From Euglena gracilis (Eukaryota), in assembly GCA_039621445.1 (NCBI GenBank), contig CP154954.1, positions 13,806,387-13,870,386 of the forward strand: 64,000 bases of DNA. Reading direction: 5' to 3'. Below are positions 58,601 to 64,000 of this stretch, piece after piece. The notes beneath the pieces are model-generated. The model saw only the letters and a program-made list of their open reading frames with translations. It was not told the origin of the DNA and searched no databases. A program made the translations under genes and the position numbers. Every line of letters starts with the position of its first letter. Positions within the stretch are counted from its first letter, which is position 1.

Positions 58601-61600
58601 CATCTCTGTTTCCATCCCTTCCTCCAAATCCATCCTTGTTTTTTTATTTAAGAAAATTGAAGCCGCACTTTTTGACAGATGCATTTTTTTTAGGGTTGCG
58701 GACAAAGTGTGGACCCACAAATCAACGTGACGCAGGTGGACCAGATCACAGGAAAGCCAACGCGCTTGATTGCGTCTCAACCCGCTCCCTCTGCCTACTA
58801 CGACAGGCCCCACCCTCAAAGCCCATTTTTTTGGCCATGTTCATGCTTAAGATGGGGTGTGGGTACCCGGAGACCCTGGGATTTGTGTGTGATTTGAAGA
58901 ATCTTAAACAGAGGACCAAACCATCAGAAAATGTATTTTTTATGCTCAAAATATTCAAGATGCCCAGCATATTCCACAGCTCAGGAATCGTGGCGGGTGG
59001 GGAAGTTGCATTGTCGGAGTTGATGGCAAGAGAGCCCCCACAGAAGTGGCGAATCCATTTTTTACACCTCCAGGCCATGGATCCAGCCAGCCTCAAACCT
59101 CATCCGTACCCGCACATTGTTGTTCGTTAAATTGGAGAAAATTCACGACAAACATCAGAGTTTTTTTTTTGGTCACACCTTCACACATTTACACATTTAC
59201 ACATATTTTCACACATTTATTGGGTTGCACATTTGCTCGTCCTCGTCTTCGATTTCTCAACTCCCTGCCCACGCCCCCCCCCCCCCCCCGGGGCTCAGTC
59301 GTTGTCAGTGTGGCAACCCACCCTTCCCCCTCCCCCCCCAAGAGTGGCACCGGGCCCCAAGCTGCCACAATGGGAGAACGGCTGGCTGCCGACGATGGCG
59401 TTCAACAAGTGGACGGGCCAAGTGGCACTGGTCCGCCGGCAGAGCACAGGGGCCGGCCCGTGGCATCCGTTACCCCGGGGCTTGTGGCCCCTCATGGAAC
59501 CAGGATGCAAGGTGCTTAAAAGTGATGTAAAAGGGCATTTTTTTTTGCTCTTTTACAATTTTGAGCCCTCTTTGGGGCCAGCCCCCCCGGGTTGGCCCCT
59601 GCTGGGGGCGGGGATTCCTCTATTTTCGGAGCAAAGCGGCGAAAAAAAATTTTGGCACCCAAAATCGACCCCCCAGAACGGGTCCTCGACCCCCCCCCCC
59701 GGCAGGGCAGAACGGGAAACGTCCAAACAGCCAGGGTGGTGGGTGGGGGGGTCGACCAGGCTTTTGCTTAGTCGGGCGCCTACCCCACGGGGGGGGGGGG
59801 TGCTAGGGGAAGGCACCCCATAGTACCCCATCCGACCCCCCCTTCGGGGGGGTTGGGTTTTGGGGGGTGCCTGCCCATAGCAGGCACCCCCCAAAACCCA
59901 AGCCGGGGTCGGAGGGGGTGACTGCCCATAGCAGGCACCCCCTCCGACCCCGGCGCCAAAGGCGCCGGGGACACAGAAAAGGCCATTTTCAATAAAAATT
60001 TTCTGGGTCCCCACCGGAACCCCCGGAACCCCCCGGAACCGGGGGGGGGGTGTGGGACAGGGCTGCCCCGGGAGGTGCCTCCGGGCCTGGAACAGACCTA
60101 CCCATGAGTTTGTTCCCAATTGAGTGGACCTGTCCACTGAGTTGGGAACCACACCTGCTGGGGTCGTGGACTGGAGTAACCGGTGCGTCGTCACGGTGAA
60201 GGAGACCCCCCCTAACCAAAGTGGAGTATGTGCCTGGCGGGCGCTTGGTGGCCGGCGTCGTAAACAAGGTAAGTCCCGCCAGGCTCCGGCCACCTCCACA
60301 TACACAGACAAAATGAGCCAGAGGCGAACAACAGCGCCAGGCCAGAAGAAGGGATAAAAGGCACCAAAAAAAACAGCCACAGTGCACACAGGGGGGACCA
60401 CCCACGCCGGCCGTGGGGCCACGCACTCGCGTGGCATCCTGGGACCCAGGTTGCTGCAGGCATGAGTCGGCCATAAAAATGTAGCAACTGGGCTCAGAGG
60501 GGTGTGTCCGACAGCAAAAGAGGGGCTCTCGCGTCCCCTGCCTCCCCATTGCCTGAAGAGTCGACCCAGGTTGGGAGGTGCTGGAAACCGATGACCACCC
60601 TTGGGGTCTTGGAGCAGAAGACCCCCACAATAACCAGACAGACAAGAGAGGAAAGAGAAGATACCTGGGCTGTCGACTAGAGTAGCTGCAGGCACAAGCA
60701 GGCTAGAAAACTGCAATGAAGGAGGCTCAGAGGGGTGTGCCCGCCAGCAAAAGAGGGGCTCTCGCGTCCCCCAAATCTCCATAGACTGAAGAGTCGAAAC
60801 AGGTTGGCAGGGCCTGGAAACTGTTGTCGTGGACTAGAGTAGCTGGTTGGGACCGTGGAGGAGACCCAGGGGGTGGACCCGGCAGCTGAAATTAGGTTCG
60901 CCTTTGCCCCCAGGAGGGGGGGTGCCTGACCGGGTTCCAAGTGGGTGTGCTTGTGGGACAGGGCTGCCCCGGGAGGTGCCTCCGGGCCTGGAACAGACCT
61001 ACCCATGAGTTTGTTCCCAATTGAGTGGACCTGTCCACTGAGTTGGGAACCACACCTGCTGGGGTCGTGGACTGGAGTAACCGGTGCGTCGTCACGGTGA
61101 AGGAGACCCCCCCTAACCAAAGTGGAGTATGTGCCTGGCGGGCGCTTGGTGGCCGGCGTCGTAAACAAGGTAAGTCCCGCCAGGCTCCGGCCACCTCCAC
61201 ATACACAGACAAAATGAGCCAGAGGCGAACAACAGCGCCAGGCCAGAAGAAGGGATAAAAGGCACCAAAAAAAACAGCCACAGTGCACACAGGGGGGGGT
61301 GTGCCTGCCAGGGGCAGGCACCCTATACCACCCCCCCCGGTCGGTAAGCACAAGCCTGGGGTCAACCACCCCCCCACCACCGCTTCCCATTTTTCTGGTG
61401 GCACCATTTTTTGGACCCAAAAATTTTTTCCCCGCCGCCTTTGGCGCCGGGTGTACTTTGGACCCATTTTGGGACCCATGTAGGACGCCTCAAAAAACCC
61501 CCAAAACCCCATTTTTTTTCACACCTTCCAAAATTTCAACATTTTCTCAAGATTTTGATTTTGAGAGTATTTTTTGCAGCAAAAAAATGCCATTGAAAAT

Positions 61601-62279
61601 CCAAAATTCAGTAAAATTTGATTGTGCCAAAATTTGGTTGTGAAAAAATGTGGTTTTCCATCAAAAAACCATGTGTTTGGGGTTCAATTTTCAGAAAAAA
61701 ATTCAAAAAGTTTCCCTGGCTTAAACCCCCGTTTCCCCAAAATTGGTGAAAATGCTGTAGTGGGTGGTCGACCCCCCACCCCGGCTGGGATGTCACGGGA
61801 GGAAACTTCGTGGGAGGTTGGTTGGGTCGCGACCGGCTGCCGCCCAACCAAATTGTCATTTTGGTTGGGCCGCGGCCGGCCGCGGCCCAACAAATCACTT
61901 TTTTGGGTTGGTCTGCGGCCGGCCGTGGCTGGCTGCGGCCGGCCGTGACCCAACCAAATCACCGTTGTTGGTTGGGCCGTGGCGACCCAACCTCCCACGA
62001 ACCCACCTCCCGTGACCTGCCCCCCCCCCCCCACCTCCCGGGTGGGCGGGTCGACCCCTCCCCCCACCAGGCCTTCCCGTTCTGCCCTGCCCCCCCGGGG
62101 TGGGTGGGTGGGTGGGTCCGGACCCCCTTCCCCCGCCTTGGGTCCTAAAAATACCCCTGAGGGTCGGCCCCTAAGCCCAGTTCGCAGCCCAGAACGGGAC
62201 GTGGATGCTGCTGACGATCAACATCGCGGCGGCGACCCTCAGCGACCAGCTGCAGAGCGAGCTGGCCGGGTTCCCGGAT
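52631..62279 (+). CDS. Host multi-exon gene (partial): N-terminal transmembrane helix + glycosylated extracellular domain, receptor-like (possibly a receptor-type nucleotide cyclase; no catalytic domain seen in the window)
   Basis: Inferred exons 52631-52671, 53253-53393, 54076-54175, 54728-~54764, ~56042-56142, 58323-~58458, ~58707-~58804, ~59359-59443 and 62179-62279 join to MEIRIPFTFVLTLVTLALSLVPAIVIWVVFMDLMTSSVDLLRGTTQDSMDSMVQNIVGVLMNQSIDRFDALLAEGESENTELSLMVQGSGVLAYDLRPPRFDIPRL..FTLMQGHPVFSQV..DPTDGSYIPTFFVTF..WENGWLPTMAFNKWTGQVAL..NGTWMLLTINIAAATLSDQLQSEL. Five N-x-S/T sequons. The start codon and the ~ junctions are uncertain. Confidence 0.7.
60051..61291. mobile_element. Two apparently identical 340-bp TG...CA direct repeats (60051-60390, 60952-61291) around a 561-bp non-coding core; TRIM-like candidate
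   Basis: tgtgggacagggctg...cagtgcacaca occurs twice, flanked by G runs. No clear PBS or PPT. Confidence 0.55.
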
Positions 62280-62885
62280 GGCCAAGTGCCCCCTTCTTTG
62301 GAGGAGTGCGAGGAGAGGAGATACCCGCCCCCAGGGCAGAACGGGAATCGGGCAAACAGCCAGGGTGGTGGGTGGGGGGTTCGACCACCCCTCCCCACCA
62401 CCTCTTCCCGTATTTCCGGGAGGACCAATTTTCTTTTTTTTTCTTTTTTCGACCGAAATTTTTTTTCCCAAAATGTTTTTTTTTGACCCATTTTGGGACC
62501 TTTCAAAAACCCCCCAAAACCCCATTTTTTCACACCTTCCAAAAATTCAACGTTTTCTCAAAATTTTGATTTTGAGAGGTTTTTGAAGCAAAAAAATGCC
62601 ATTGAAAATCCAAAAAAATCGAAGAGAAAAAATGTCAGTAATGTCAGTTTTGACTGTGCCAAAATTTGGTGCACTTTTTTTTTGACCTTCATTTTTTTTT
62701 TCACCCCCCTCCTAAAAACTACGAATTTTTAACCCTGAAATTGTTGAGATTTTTTTGTGAAAAATGTGGTTTTCCATCAAAAAACCATGTACAGTATGTA
62801 GTCATTTTTCAAAAAAAATTAAAAATTTTCCCCAGCCAAAATCCCCGTTAACCCGAAATTTGCGAAAATGCTGTGGTGGGGGGGT
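61490..62885. repeat. Diverged direct duplication (61490-61765 vs 62503-62885)
   Basis: caaaaaccccccaaaaccccatttttttcacaccttccaaaa.ttcaac...gaaaatgctgt.gtggg is shared. Confidence 0.75.
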
Positions 62886-62886
62886 T

Positions 62887-63771
62887 GTATGCATGCATGC
62901 ATGTACGTACGTACGTACGTACGTACGTACGTACGTACGTACGTACATACGTATGTATGTATGTATGTATGTACGTATGTATGTATGTATGTATGTATGT
63001 ATGTATGTATGTATGTATGTATGTATGTATGTATGTATGTATGTATGTATGTATGTATGTATGTATGTGTGTGTGTGTATGTATGTATGTATGTATGTAT
63101 GTACGTATGTATGTATGTATGTATGTATGTATGTATGTATGTATGTATGTATGCATGCATGCATGTACGTACGTACGTACGTACGTACGTACGTACGTAC
63201 GTACATACGTATGTATGTATGTATGTATGTACGTATGTATGTATGTATGTATGTATGTATGTATGTATGTATGTATGTATGTATGTATGTGTGTATGTAT
63301 GTATGTATGTATGTATGTATGTATGTGTGTGTGTGTATGTATGTATGTATGTATGTATGTACGTATGTATGTATGTATGTATGTATGTATGTATGTATGT
63401 ATGTATGTATGTATGTATGTATGTATGTATGTATGTATGTACGTATGTATGTATGCATGTGTGTGTGTGCGTATGTATGTATGTATGTATGTATGTATGT
63501 ATGTATGTATGTATGTATGTATGTATGTATGTATGTATGTATGTATGTATGTATGTATGTATGTATGTATGTATGTATGTATGTATGTATGTATGTATGT
63601 ATGTATGTATGTATGTATGTATGTATGTATGTATGTATGTATGTATGTATGTATGTATGTATGTATGTATGTATGTATCCATGTGTGTGTGTGTATGTAT
63701 GTATGTATGTATGTATGTATGTATGTATGTATGTATGTATGTATGTATGTATGTATGTATGTATGTATCCA

Positions 63772-63802
<31 letters not shown>

Positions 63803-64000
63803 TTGTATGTATGTATGCATGCATGCATGTATGTATGTATGTATGTATGTATGTGTATGTAATGTATGTATGTATGTATGTATGTATGTATGTATGTATG
63901 TATGTATGTATGTATGTATGTATGTATGTATGTATGTATGTATGTATGTATGTATGTATGTATGTATGTATGTATGTATGTATGTATGTATGTATGTATG
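62887..64000. repeat. (TATG)n microsatellite with (TACG)n and (TG)n interruptions, >1.1 kb, running off the window
   Basis: Direct reading. It produces the spurious HTYI/MYVC ORFs. Confidence 0.98.

Noticed and set aside
59553-61512. 200-400-aa minus ORFs over the direct-repeat element
   Set aside because: GC-rich repeat sequence with no retroelement or other motifs.
62802-63862. 326-340-aa HTYI/MYVC ORFs
   Set aside because: Translations of the (TATG)n microsatellite.

Overview
Repeat-rich eukaryotic DNA, very probably from a euglenid, because a host gene at 52.6-62.3 kb uses euglenid-type nonconventional introns. The main feature is a full-length 16.46-kb Ty3/Gypsy chromovirus-type LTR retrotransposon (23717-40174). 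It has 308-bp LTRs differing at 2 positions, a tRNA-iMet primer-binding site, a short polypurine tract and a target-site duplication. Its architecture is unusual: a very long coiled-coil Gag; gag and pol in frame across a UAG followed by a strong hairpin (candidate readthrough signal); a Dam/DIRS-type DNA N6-adenine methyltransferase-like domain between protease and RT; RT-RNaseH-integrase-chromodomain; and ~5.5 kb of extra sense coding sequence of unknown function before the 3' LTR. This copy carries a few stops and frameshifts. The left 5 kb holds a decayed gag of a different retroelement on the minus strand, followed by an open frame that leaves the window just after a motif resembling motif I of cytosine-C5 methyltransferases. 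The rest is MITE-like inverted-repeat elements, two copies of a 1.5-kb TIR element, a tandem segmental duplication, (TAGTA)n and (TATG)n microsatellites, and the 5' exons of a host membrane-receptor-like gene. All domain calls come from reading motifs by eye; no database search was run.
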